64,000 nucleotides of DNA, from the NCBI GenBank assembly GCA_943788985.1, contig CALSSJ010000010.1, forward strand, positions 224,001 through 288,000, in the 5' to 3' direction. The position numbers were made by a program, and so were the translations under genes. This DNA comes from an uncultured Lentisphaerales bacterium. Its GTDB lineage: Bacteria; Verrucomicrobiota; Lentisphaeria; JABSQK01; UBA12247. Each line of letters begins with the position of its first letter. Position 1 is the first letter of the stretch. Below are positions 25,837 to 35,887 of the stretch, one piece after another. The notes beneath the pieces were generated by a model, which did no database searches, had not been told where the DNA came from, and saw nothing but the letters and a program-made list of their open reading frames with translations.

Positions 25837-26882
25837 TAGAACGGTCCCTTAAAGGTTATTTCGCGCAAGTTCGCTCGCTCTTCAGGCGTCCAGCCCACGT
25901 TGCCGCCGTGTACGAGGTCGCAGACATCTCGGGCAATGGTGCGCCCGTTCGGGTAAAATAGCTCTTCCAGGCCCGGTGTCGGCGGGCAAGTAACCGGGGC
26001 ATAGCCCAGGCGCTTTACCCGTACCGGAACGTCTCCCTGGATCCGCTCCAAAACACCCGCTATGATCTCGCTTCCGGCACCGCAGGTCGTCCAAGTGTTG
26101 TCGACCACGCAGAGTGCACCGGTCTTGCGCACGGATGTCTCGATGGTATCAAGATCGAGCGGGGTGAGCCAGATGGGGTCGATGACTTCTGCTGAGATTC
26201 CCTTTTCCTCTAGGTAGGCGGCTGCCCGCAGGCACTCCTCTTGCTGGTGTGAAATCCCGACCAGGGTGACATCATTACCAGGTCGTGTCACCCGAGCCGA
26301 AGGTGCGGGGAGGTTGTCTGTGTCTTCGGGCAGCGGTCCTGTTTGGTAGTATAGTAGCCGATGCTCGACGATAATTACCGGGTCATCGTCACGAATCGCG
26401 GTCAGCAGGCAGGCCATTGCGTCGTACGGTGTCGATGGTGCGCAGACCTTCAAGCCTGGGATGTGCATGAACAGCGGGTAGAGGCCTTGGGAATGTTGTG
26501 CGCCTTGGCCCCAGCTCTTACCAATCATAGCCCGAACCACCATCGGTACATGCAGCTTGCCGCCGTGCATATAACGGGTCTTGGCGGCCACGTTGATCAG
26601 TTGGTTCATCGCCAGCAGCACAAAGTCGATCCGGATGTGCACGTGAATCGGTCGTAGCCCGGAGAGGGCCATCCCGACTGCCGCGCCCGTCATTGCCTCT
26701 TCTGCCAGTGGCGTGCCAAACACGCGCTCGGAACCGAAGCGATCCAGTAATCCGGCCGTTGTGCCCTGAATACACTTTGGGTCATCCACATCCAGGCCGA
26801 AGAGGACTACGCGCGGATCTTGCGCCATTTCCAGCTCTGTCGCAGAGCGGATTGCTTCCACATATGTTGCTTCTTCAGGCAT
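25836..26882 (-). CDS. TPP-dependent dehydrogenase E1 beta-like subunit
   Basis: 'GTPLAEE', 'GAQHSQ', 'DDPVIIVEHR'; ATG 26882 overlaps the alpha-subunit stop. Confidence 0.9.
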   Translation of the reverse strand: MPEEATYVEAIRSATELEMAQDPRVVLFGLDVDDPKCIQGTTAGLLDRFGSERVFGTPLAEEAMTGAAVGMALSGLRPIHVHIRIDFVLLAMNQLINVAAKTRYMHGGKLHVPMVVRAMIGKSWGQGAQHSQGLYPLFMHIPGLKVCAPSTPYDAMACLLTAIRDDDPVIIVEHRLLYYQTGPLPEDTDNLPAPSARVTRPGNDVTLVGISHQQEECLRAAAYLEEKGISAEVIDPIWLTPLDLDTIETSVRKTGALCVVDNTWTTCGAGSEIIAGVLERIQGDVPVRVKRLGYAPVTCPPTPGLEELFYPNGRTIARDVCDLVHGGNVGWTPEERANLREITFKGPF

Positions 26883-27825
26883 GAGATTGCTCCCCAAAAA
26901 CGTGGGTGTACAACTCGGCCGGTGCGGGGAATTCTGCGGACGCCGCAAATGCGAAGGCAGCCTGAATCTCCGCTTCCACCTCTTGCTCTATCGCCTCGCG
27001 AGTGGCGACCGCGAGTTTCTCACCTACGACGCGCACTTGGTCATTGTCGAGCCATGGCTGAGCATCCTCAAGATGGCGATAGCCAAGCTGATAGTCCTCG
27101 CTTGGGCCGACGTGTTCCTTCCAGCGGTAGATCGAGCACTCGAAAAAGAACGGGCCCGCGTCGGGATTCTTCTCCAATGCTTCTCTCGCTTCGCGAACGG
27201 CGTCGTAAATCTCGGTCACGTTGTCTGAGAGACGGCGCGTGGTGATTCCGTGTGCCTCGGCATGTCCAGCGATATCCGGGACTGCCTGGCGAAATTTCTG
27301 GTGGGTGTGAATGGCAAAGCCATTGTTCTCGCAGATGAAGAGAACAGGCGCCCGCTTTAGTGCGGCAAAATTGAGCGATTCATGGAAGACGCCTTCATCC
27401 GTCGCGCCGTCGCCGAAGAAGCAGGCGACGGCCACGTCCTTCTTTTGAATCTTTGCCCCGAGGGCATAGCCGACGGCATTGGGCAGTGGGGTCCCGACGA
27501 CAGCCGATGCTCCCATGACGCCCTTGGCCACGTCGACCAAATGCATGGAACCGCCTTTCCCACCGGCGGCACCGGCTGCTTTGCCATACAATTCGGCGAT
27601 CATGCCGGGCAGGTCTCCGCCTTTGGCGAGATATGGCGCGTGGCAACGGTAAGAGGTAAACAGGACGTCTTGCTCGCAAATTGCCTCGCAGACACCAACA
27701 GCGGTTGACTCCTGTCCAATAGATAGATGGACTGGGCTCTTGATGACATCGCTGGGGTAGACCCGGGCGACCTCTTCTTCGACACGTCGAATACGGTAGA
27801 GCGACCGATAAAATCGTTCAAGCAT
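26875..27825 (-). CDS. TPP-dependent dehydrogenase E1 alpha-like subunit
   Basis: 'HLSIGQE', 'GGSMH', TPP motif 'FGDGA...CENN'. Confidence 0.92.
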   Translation of the reverse strand: MLERFYRSLYRIRRVEEEVARVYPSDVIKSPVHLSIGQESTAVGVCEAICEQDVLFTSYRCHAPYLAKGGDLPGMIAELYGKAAGAAGGKGGSMHLVDVAKGVMGASAVVGTPLPNAVGYALGAKIQKKDVAVACFFGDGATDEGVFHESLNFAALKRAPVLFICENNGFAIHTHQKFRQAVPDIAGHAEAHGITTRRLSDNVTEIYDAVREAREALEKNPDAGPFFFECSIYRWKEHVGPSEDYQLGYRHLEDAQPWLDNDQVRVVGEKLAVATREAIEQEVEAEIQAAFAFAASAEFPAPAELYTHVFGEQSHA

Positions 27826-27949
27826 GCAGCAACTTCCAGGGTAAGATCGAAGCGTGCAATATACGCCCGCCCCTACGCTTCTGCGAATGTAACCGCCGAT
27901 CGGCCATGGTGCCGCTAGCAGCTGTCATGGCCAGAGAGAAGGACCGGCC

Positions 27950-28378
27950 TCAGTTCCCCTGCTTCTTGGTCGTCTGGTCTACGTCTCCCTTGTGCTCATT
28001 CCCACCCGGCGATTTGTCTGAGCCATGGCTGATCACGCTTACACTTGATCCGTTATTGCGCAGCTGGTAGTTGTTGTTCCACGGATCCTTCAGGTCCGTG
28101 CCTTCAGCCAGATAGGGGCCGCGCCAGCCCTGACCGGTGCTACGCATCAGATCTTCCAGTGAGCCTGGGTATTTGCCGGTGTCCAAATAGAAGCTTTCCA
28201 CCGCCTGGTAGATGATCTTGCACTCATTGCGCGCTACATCCCATTTGGCCCATTCCATCTTGGCGGCAATATTCGGCGCGATAATGCCGATCACCAAGCC
28301 CATGATAACAATCACAACCATCAGCTCAATCAATGAGAACTGGCGGCGCTGGATTTTCTTTACAGTGACGGAATTCAT
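27950..28378 (-). CDS. gspG: Type II secretion major pseudopilin GspG-like protein
   Basis: GGAG RBS; 'FSLIELMVVIVI'; 'GWRGPYL'; 'KDPWNNNY'; 'SHGSDKSPGG'. Confidence 0.82.
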   Translation of the reverse strand: MNSVTVKKIQRRQFSLIELMVVIVIMGLVIGIIAPNIAAKMEWAKWDVARNECKIIYQAVESFYLDTGKYPGSLEDLMRSTGQGWRGPYLAEGTDLKDPWNNNYQLRNNGSSVSVISHGSDKSPGGNEHKGDVDQTTKKQGN

Positions 28379-28427
28379 GCTATTGCTCCATACGAGGTTC
28401 TTCGTTCTGATTACGGTACGCAGCAAA

Positions 28428-29234
28428 ATGAAAAATTTAACTGCTTTTTTGTGCAGGAATCGATTTCGAGTCGCTGGGTGGACCCGTGGGCAGGTTCACC
28501 TCTATCAATCCCTAGTCCTTCTCCTCGTCATTGGACAGTGTATCTGGACTCGCGGCGAATGGCTATCGGTGTCGGCTGGAATCGCGCAACTCGTGGTCGC
28601 GGCCGCCCTGCCTTGGATCGGTTTTCGGGGGATCTGGCTGCCCGCCAGCGGCTGGTATATCTGGATGTGGTTTGGGCCGTCCGGGTTATTGCTGGCTGCG
28701 TTGGTCGCACTGCGCATGGGGCCGGCCCTGTGGGGTGCGCTTGCGGTCTGCGCACTCTACGCCGTTGCGAACCTCGCAATGCCAGCTGCTGCATTGTTGC
28801 CTGTGCTGCTGGCATTTGAACCACGCTGGCTTCGCGGCGACAGCGATGCACTCGTGGTCTACTATGACGGAGAGTGCGGGATCTGTAATCGACTGGTGCG
28901 CTTCCTGATCTGCGAAGATCGCAATTTACGCCTCCGCTATGCGCCGCTCGGCGGGGAAACGTTTCGGCAGCGCTTTCCGGACGATACGCCGGACATGGAT
29001 GCCCTTGTCGTCGCCGCAGCCGTCGGGGATCCGCGCACCGCGAGCGACGCGGCGTTGCGTGTCGGGAGCGCCCTAGGCGGGATATGGTGCTTGCTCTCAT
29101 TGTGCGGGGCGTTGATTCCGCGACCGGTCCGGAACCGTGCGTACTTCGCCATCGCCCGTCGCCGCCTGCACCTATCTCGGGCGCTGGGTTGCCCACTGCC
29201 CACCGCGGCCCAGGCAGAGCGTCTGTTGCCCTGA
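28428..29234 (+). CDS. Membrane protein with a DCC1-like (DUF393) thiol-disulfide oxidoreductase domain
   Basis: N-terminal TM helices, 'YYDGECGIC' (DxxCxxC), 'PRPVRNRAYFAIARRR'. Confidence 0.8.
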   Translation: MKNLTAFLCRNRFRVAGWTRGQVHLYQSLVLLLVIGQCIWTRGEWLSVSAGIAQLVVAAALPWIGFRGIWLPASGWYIWMWFGPSGLLLAALVALRMGPALWGALAVCALYAVANLAMPAAALLPVLLAFEPRWLRGDSDALVVYYDGECGICNRLVRFLICEDRNLRLRYAPLGGETFRQRFPDDTPDMDALVVAAAVGDPRTASDAALRVGSALGGIWCLLSLCGALIPRPVRNRAYFAIARRRLHLSRALGCPLPTAAQAERLLP

Positions 29235-29273
29235 GCGGCTTGCCAGAGATACGCTGGACGATATTCTGCCGCG

Positions 29274-30226
29274 ATGCCTGCAAAGAAAGTTACCAGCTAC
29301 GTGTGCGAATTGACCGCCGGCCAGGTCCGCGAGTTTCAAGCAAGCCCTTGCCTTGGTCAGCTGGGAATTCGACGAACTGCAACATGCCCGCTGGCGTGCG
29401 CGGAAGGGCAAAACAACCATCGTGGCCTACGAGTCTGGTAAGCTGGTCGTCCAGGGCAGAGGTACTGTGGAAGTGGTCGAGTTTATTCTCGAGCCGCAGA
29501 TCCTGGGGGAGGCACGAATGGGCAATGAGGTGCTCTACGCGCAGCAAGAAAAGCCCGATATGTTTCAGGCTCACGCGGGCATAGATGAAAGCGGGAAGGG
29601 CGACTATTTCGGCCCGCTTGTGGTCTCTGCGGTCTATGTCACCGAGGAATCTGCCGCCAAACTATTCGCGGCTGGCGTGCAGGACTCCAAAGCGATCAAG
29701 AGCGACCGCAAGATTCGTGAGCTCTCGGCCACGATTCGAGAGGTCGTCGGGCGCGATTTTACCGTCGTCACGCTGGGCCCTTGTGCCTACAACAAAGCCT
29801 ACGACAAGATCGGCAATCTCAATCGCTTGCTTGCCTGGGGGCATGCCCGGACCTTGGAAAATCTGCTTGAGCGCCAACCCCGCCTGCCGTCGCGTGTTGG
29901 CCGACAAGTTTGCCGATGAGCGGGTCATGCGAGGAGCGCTGATGGAGCGCGGGCGCGCTATTGCTTTTGAGGCCCGCACCAAGGCCGAGGACGACATCGC
30001 CGTAGCCGCGGCCAGTATCCTGGCCCGAGAGGGCTTTATTCGGCGACTGGCCGAGTTGGAGGACCAGGCCGGGCTTCGCCTGCCACGAGGTGCCTCGGCC
30101 GTGATTAGGCCCGCCGCTGCTGTGATCGGAAAGGTCGGCCTCGAAGGGCTTGCGGAGTTCGCAAAGCTCCATTTTAAGACGACAGATCGCGCGATTGCGA
30201 TGGCAAAGTCAAATGCAACAGAGTAG
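29274..30226 (+). CDS. rnhC: Ribonuclease HIII, split by two +1 frameshifts (~29342, ~29880)
   Basis: TBP-like N-domain 'YESGKLVVQG'; 'GIDESGKGDYFGP'; 'VQDSK'; 'VAAASILAR'; 'KLHFKT'. Deleting one A and one C restores a single frame from ATG 29274. Confidence 0.85.
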
Positions 30227-30266
30227 CTTGCTTTCTGCTAGCTGAGCATACCGAGGGAAGCCATTC

Positions 30267-31711
30267 GTGTCTAAAACATCACTGAGCAAATGTCTGAGCG
30301 GCACCGAGTCGCTGGTGATCGATAGCCAGACCATGTCCGTGCACGAGTCGCTGCTTTCGGAGGTGCTGCGGGAAAGCAACGACCAGGTACCACAAGACTT
30401 GAAGCGTGAAGAACTCTCTGCTGTGGACGAGGAAGAGTATTACTGGAAGGTCATGGACCGCGGCGAGGGCGAAGAGCGCTACCGCGAGGAGCGCGAGATT
30501 GGCGCTGGCGGCATGGGTACTGTGAATCTTGTATTCGACGCCGACTTTTTGCGGTATTCCGCGATGAAGGTCATTCTCCCGGAGATCAAGTGCAAGCCAG
30601 AGGCACTCGCCGGCTTCATCCGCGAAGCTCGCATTACGGCGGAACTAGAACATCCCAACATTATCCCCGTGCATGACATGGGCTATGCGCCGGACCGGGG
30701 CATGTACTTCACCATGAAGCATGCTACTGGCGAGCCGCTCGTGCAGATTCTACGGCAAATCGAGCTGGGGAATCCACGCTATCGCGAGAAGTATAATTTT
30801 CTTTGCCTTGCTCGCGATCTTTTCGTAAAGTTTGTGACGCTGTCGCCTATGCCCATTCGCGCAACGTGATTCATCGCGACATCAAACCGCACAACATCAT
30901 GGTGGGTGACTACGGCGAAGTCCTGCTGATGGACTGGGGCCTGGCGAAATACATTGATGCCGACGCGCACGTTCCCGCTCCAATTTCCTACGCCAGGCGG
31001 AATGTGCTGGACGCGACAGCGACTGGCTTTGGCATGATTAAGGGCTCTCCCGCCTACATGTCCCCGGAGCAAGCCAGCGGAGAGCCGGATATTCTCGATC
31101 GGCGCAGTGATATTTTTCTCCTTGGCGCAACCCTATATCACATTTTTACGCTCTACCCGCCCTATTTGGCGGACGACATTATGGAGATCGTCAGCAAAGC
31201 GCGTCGGGCGGAGTTCACCCCACCGGCTTCTACGCGAACTGGCTGGATGGAGTTGCCTGAAGAGCTGTCGCAGATCATTGAAGAGGCGATGGCTGCTGAC
31301 CCCAACGAACGCTATGAGGACGTCGAGTCCTTGAGCGGAGATCTGGACTCGCTGATTCGGGGGGACATGCATTTTGGCAGTCGGACCTTCGAGCCGGGAG
31401 ACGTGATGATTCAGGAAGGCGACATCGGCTACGATTGTTACGTGATCATTGCGGGTAAGGTTGCGGTCTTGCGCGGAGGCAGCGAGATCGCAATGCTGGG
31501 GCCGGGAGACATCGTCGGCGAAATGGCGCTCATTACCCACGAGTTTCGATCGGCCACAGTCAAAGCGGTAGAGCGCACCCAGGCTTATGTGCTTACTCAG
31601 GATTTGTTCACCCGTAACCTGAAGAAGTTGCCCTCTTGGATGGCCCAAATGATTGTCACCCTCGCGGAGCGTTTACGCGAGTGCAATTCGCGCATCGCTG
31701 AGCACGAATAG
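30267..31711 (+). CDS. Hanks-type Ser/Thr kinase with a C-terminal cyclic-nucleotide-binding domain, frameshifted near 30797-30823
   Basis: 'IGAGGMG', 'HRDIKPHN', 'DWGLA', 'YMSPEQ'; CNB 'GDIVGEMAL...RSATV'. Removing one T from each of two T4 runs restores the frame. Confidence 0.85.
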
Positions 31712-31712
31712 C

Positions 31713-32615
31713 GTGGGCTCGTCCTCGGGCGAAGTGGTCTTGGGTATCGATATCGGTGGCACGAAATGCGCGGTCGTGCTCGGCACGCCAACCGGTAAGA
31801 TTCAGCAGCGCATTGAATGGCCGTCCGCGGCGCATCGCGGCCCGGCTGCGATGATCGCAGAAGCAGTGACGCACGCCCGTTCTATGCTCCCGGCGGTAGC
31901 CTGCGGCGTAGCAGTCGGCGGTCCCCTAAACGTGCGGGATGGCGTTGTGCTGTCCCCGCCGCATCTGCCTCGCTGGGATCAAGTGGCGTTGCGCGCGCAG
32001 CTGGAAGCCGCCTTGGAAATCCCGGTCTTCGTGGAGCATGATGCAGCTGCCTGCGCCTTGGCCGAACACCGCTGGGGGGCACACGTTGGCTGCCATTCGC
32101 TCGTGTATCTCACCTGCGGAACCGGAATTGGCGCTGGCTTGGTCATCGACGGGTCTGCCTACCATGGCGCGGGTGGACACTCCATGGAGATTGGCCACAT
32201 GCGAGTCGCGGACGATGGCCCGATAGCATTCGGCAAGGCGGGGTCGCTTGAGTCCTATTGCTCCGGGACGGCGCTGCGCCTGCTCGCGCGCTGGAAGTAC
32301 GACCGCGACTGGCAGCCGCATGAGGTTGCGGAGTTCGCAAACCAGGGCGATGTCGAGGCGCTCGATGTCTTGCAGATGCACGCTGCGGCGACCGGTCGTT
32401 GTTGTGCGAATCTCGCAGACATGTTGTTTCCAGATGTGATCTTACTGGGCAGTCTGGCCCACTATCTTGGCGCGAGCTGGCTCGACCAGGTGGTCCACGA
32501 GTTCCGTAAGGAGGCGCATCCGCATGCGGTCGCCCGTTGCCAGATAGAACCGGCCACGCTTGGGCCTCGAGTCCAAGACCTATCCGCGCTGGTCTGCGGG
32601 TTGGCAGGTTTATGA
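31713..32615 (+). CDS. ROK family sugar kinase
   Basis: 'GIDIGGTK', 'GTGIGAG', 'EIGHM', 'GSLESY'. Confidence 0.88.
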   Translation: MGSSSGEVVLGIDIGGTKCAVVLGTPTGKIQQRIEWPSAAHRGPAAMIAEAVTHARSMLPAVACGVAVGGPLNVRDGVVLSPPHLPRWDQVALRAQLEAALEIPVFVEHDAAACALAEHRWGAHVGCHSLVYLTCGTGIGAGLVIDGSAYHGAGGHSMEIGHMRVADDGPIAFGKAGSLESYCSGTALRLLARWKYDRDWQPHEVAEFANQGDVEALDVLQMHAAATGRCCANLADMLFPDVILLGSLAHYLGASWLDQVVHEFRKEAHPHAVARCQIEPATLGPRVQDLSALVCGLAGL

Positions 32616-32739
32616 CTGGCCTGCGCTTTCAGATCATGGTCGCCCGCCCCGGGTTCTGGGCCCCGGGGTTTCTGCGGTGGAATGCGTCCGCGATTGGCAG
32701 TTTCTACGTGGTCTGGTCACGCGCGACTTTGGGGGGGGC

Positions 32740-34050
32740 ATGAAAACCATTGGCATCATTGTGCCGCCGGTTCCTGGGCATGTTATGCCGAGCCTGGCGC
32801 AGGCAGATGCACTGCGTAGCGAGGGCTGCCGCGTGCGTTACTACCAACTCGGGGACCTGCGAGACCAGATCGAGGAGCAAGGCCATGAATTCTGCGCCTT
32901 GGGCGCTTCGCGTTTTCAACCGGGGATGCTGGCTGAGATGCGGAGTAAGATTGCGAGCATGTCAGGGCTGCGCTGCGTCCGGGCGTCAGTGGAGCTATTC
33001 CGGGCAACTGCGGAGATGTTTGGCGATGAGCTGCCAGCGGCATTGGCTCGGGAGCCGGTCGATGCCTTGCTGATAGATCAGATTGAGCCCGCGCCAGCAC
33101 TGATTGCGCGGGCCCTCGGGATTCCGTATGTGAGCGTTGCCAATGCTCTGCCGATGGACCCAGATCCGTGGCACCCCCCAGCGACGACACCGTGGCTACC
33201 GGGTGGCGGGATTGGCGAACTCCGCAACTGCCTGGCACATCAGATGCTGCGGGTGGTGTTTCGCCCGACCTATCGGTTGTTGCGGAAGCTGGAGAGGCGG
33301 CATGGGTTACCCCGCGAGCCGATGATTTTTCCCTACCTGTCTGAACAAGCGCAGATTAATCAACTGGTGGAAGCGTTCGACTTTCCGCGTAAGCATCGGC
33401 CGGCGCACCTGCATTACTTGGGCGCGATGCGTTTGCGCTCGTACCGGGAGATCCCGTTCGACTTTGACAGGCTGGACGGTCGGCCGCTGGTCTATGCGTC
33501 GCTGGGGACCACGGTCTGTCGGCATTTGCCGCTGCTGCGCAAGATTGCGGAGATCGCGAGAGGGCGGGATGTGCAGTTGGTGCTATCTCTGGGAGGGCAG
33601 GCGACCGCGGCGGAACTGGGGGCGGTCCCTGAGAATGCGCTGGTCGTGGAATTCGCACCGCAGCCGGAGCTGATCGGGCGCGCAGACGCGGTGATCACGC
33701 ATGCGGGCCAGAACACGACGATGGAGGCGATCGCGAAAGGGAAACCTATGGTGGCGGTGCCCATCAGCTATGAGCAGCCGGGAATTGCCGCGCGCATTGA
33801 ACGGGCCGGGATTGGGCTCCGTTGTAGCCGCAAGGCGTCGACCGCGAGCATCGGCCAGGCACTCGACCGAGTGCTGTCAGAACCGGGGTTTGCGAACTCC
33901 GCAACCCAACTGGCAAAGGCCGGAGCGGCGGCAGGCGGGGCAGAGCGCGCCGCAGAGATCGTAATTAGCATGCTCCAGACGGGTTGTCAGCCCCCGCGTG
34001 GTCGCTACAGTAGCGCCCAAACACGGCCCCATACTACAGGTGAAACATGA
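32740..34050 (+). CDS. GT1 (UDP-glycosyltransferase), CrtX/MGT-like
   Basis: 'PPVPGH', 'YASLGT', 'FAPQPEL...ITHAGQNTTMEAI...YEQ'. Confidence 0.85.
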   Translation: MKTIGIIVPPVPGHVMPSLAQADALRSEGCRVRYYQLGDLRDQIEEQGHEFCALGASRFQPGMLAEMRSKIASMSGLRCVRASVELFRATAEMFGDELPAALAREPVDALLIDQIEPAPALIARALGIPYVSVANALPMDPDPWHPPATTPWLPGGGIGELRNCLAHQMLRVVFRPTYRLLRKLERRHGLPREPMIFPYLSEQAQINQLVEAFDFPRKHRPAHLHYLGAMRLRSYREIPFDFDRLDGRPLVYASLGTTVCRHLPLLRKIAEIARGRDVQLVLSLGGQATAAELGAVPENALVVEFAPQPELIGRADAVITHAGQNTTMEAIAKGKPMVAVPISYEQPGIAARIERAGIGLRCSRKASTASIGQALDRVLSEPGFANSATQLAKAGAAAGGAERAAEIVISMLQTGCQPPRGRYSSAQTRPHTTGET

Positions 34051-34769
34051 GCGAAGCCACCCAGCAGTTAGTTGACCTTCAGGATACCGATCGACGGATA
34101 CGGAAGCTGCAGCAGATCATTGATTCTGTGCCGCAGGAAAAGGCCAAAATCGAGGAAGAGCTAAGCGGCACGGAGGCCGTCGTCGAGGAGGCGAAGCATG
34201 GCTCGCAGGAAATGGAGATGCGGGTCAAAAGCCTTGAGATAGATATTGGCGTTATTCAGCAGAAAATGAATCATTTTTTGGGTCAGACTGCGGCCGTGAA
34301 GAAGAATGATGAGTACAAGGCGCTGCTGAGCGAGATCGAGAACTGCAAGGTGCAGATTTCGGACTTGGAAGATCAGGAGCTGGAGCTTTGGGAGGAGCGG
34401 GAAGGCACGTCGGCGGTGATGACTGATGCCTCGGAGCAGCTAAAAGCGGCGCGCAAGCGAATCGCGTCGGCGCTGGAAGATCTTGATGTGCGCGAGCGGA
34501 ACGCCTCTAGCCAGTTAGAGAAGCTGCGCGAGAAACGGGGCGCGCAAGTTAGCAGTATTGACGCTGTTGTCCTGGAGCCCTACGAGCGCCTGACGGAGAT
34601 CGCGAGGCGTCGTGGCCAGAACAAGGACTGCCTGGTTCCGCTGAATGGGAACTCGTGCGGCGGTTGCCACATGTCTTCGACTACCCAGACACAGGCTCAC
34701 GTGCGCGGCGGCAAGATTGTGCCCTGTGAGAATTGCGGATCCCTGATTTACTTCGCCCGCGGGGAATGA
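34047..34769 (+). CDS. Coiled-coil C4-type zinc-ribbon protein (DUF164/CT398-like)
   Basis: 'LVDLQDTD', 'EYKALLSEI', CGGC...CENC. Confidence 0.88.
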   Translation: MSEATQQLVDLQDTDRRIRKLQQIIDSVPQEKAKIEEELSGTEAVVEEAKHGSQEMEMRVKSLEIDIGVIQQKMNHFLGQTAAVKKNDEYKALLSEIENCKVQISDLEDQELELWEEREGTSAVMTDASEQLKAARKRIASALEDLDVRERNASSQLEKLREKRGAQVSSIDAVVLEPYERLTEIARRRGQNKDCLVPLNGNSCGGCHMSSTTQTQAHVRGGKIVPCENCGSLIYFARGE

Positions 34770-35575
34770 GCAGTAACTGGTTGCTGCAGGTCGCCTACGA
34801 CGGCACAGTCTATCGCGGCTGGCAACGACAGCGAGACGCGGGGACTGTGCAAGGCGAACTCGAGCAGGCCCTTACTGACTTGTTCGGTTGCGACCTCAGG
34901 GTGTCCGGCTGTAGCCGGACGGATGCCGGCGTGCATGCCCTCGCTCAACAGGTTTCGCTGTGCGTTCCAGAGTATCCGCCGATTCCGCCCAACAACGCAC
35001 GCAAGGCACTGAATGACCGGTTGCCTGATGATATTTGTGTGCGTTCGATCGAGGTCGTATCGGCGGATTTTCACGCGCGCTTTTCCAATGTCGGGAAGGC
35101 CTATGTGTACTTGCTTGCACCTCATGCGCACAAGCATCCTTTTCTAGGCCGTTTTTCTTGGACGATGCCACGAAATCTGGCGCTTGCAGAAATGCAGAGG
35201 GCCGCCGCAGCACTCATTGGAACGCATGACTTTACGACTTTTTCGTGTGTGGCTGATCGAGACGATGCGGGGAACACGCGCACCCTATATCAGTGCCGGG
35301 TGGAGGAGCTGGACGGCCTGCTTGTAGTAAAGGTGGTGGGAGACGGATTTTTGTACCGGATGGTGCGGAGAATCGTGGGGTTTCTAGTCGGAGTGGGAAG
35401 TGGCCGTATTTCTCCAGAGGATACAGGACGGCTGTTGGCGGCTCGTGATCGCAATGGTGGGTTTTGCACTGCCCCACCGCAGGGCCTCTTTTTGTACGAT
35501 GTATTTTTCGATGAAGACCAGCGAGATTCCTGGGAACTCGAGGTGATGCCGCTGCTGTTTCCGCCGCGGCCCTGA
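34766..35575 (+). CDS. truA: tRNA pseudouridine(38-40) synthase
   Basis: 'YDGT.Y.GWQ', 'SRTDAGVHA', 'FHARF', 'FLYRMVR', 'APPQGL'. Confidence 0.95.
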   Translation: MSSNWLLQVAYDGTVYRGWQRQRDAGTVQGELEQALTDLFGCDLRVSGCSRTDAGVHALAQQVSLCVPEYPPIPPNNARKALNDRLPDDICVRSIEVVSADFHARFSNVGKAYVYLLAPHAHKHPFLGRFSWTMPRNLALAEMQRAAAALIGTHDFTTFSCVADRDDAGNTRTLYQCRVEELDGLLVVKVVGDGFLYRMVRRIVGFLVGVGSGRISPEDTGRLLAARDRNGGFCTAPPQGLFLYDVFFDEDQRDSWELEVMPLLFPPRP

Positions 35576-35647
35576 GCTGTGTATAGCCCGTGAGGGAAGA
35601 CGTAGTTGATAGGAAATTGCTTTTCCCGATACGGCCAAGATACGCTG

Positions 35648-35839
35648 ACGGGGTGAGCGAGTCAAAAACGGGGCGGAAACGGTGCAAAACCGAAGGGAGA
35701 GCGCCGTACCGATATTAGCGACAGAAAACTGAAATCCTGGCTAACGGGGTGAGCGAGTCAAAAACGGGGCGGAAACGGTGCAAAACCGAAGGGAGAGCGC
35801 CGTACCGATATTAGCGACAGAAAACTGAAATCCTGGCTA
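35648..35839. repeat. Perfect 96-bp tandem duplication
   Basis: ACGGGGTGAGCGAGTC...GAAATCCTGGCTA at 35648-35743 and 35744-35839. Confidence 0.95.
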
Positions 35840-35887
35840 AACAGGCCAGATCAAGCAACGAGAAGCCGTCTTCCTGGCGGGCGTTTT

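Noticed and set aside
25836..27825. Central pyruvate dehydrogenase pdhAB
   Set aside because: No E2/E3 genes, and the pair is embedded in a nucleotide-sugar operon.
29274..30226. Programmed ribosomal frameshifting in rnhC
   Set aside because: No slippery heptamer; two separate +1 events fit the local error pattern.
35648..35839. Possible CRISPR array
   Set aside because: Two contiguous 96-bp copies with no spacers and no cas genes.
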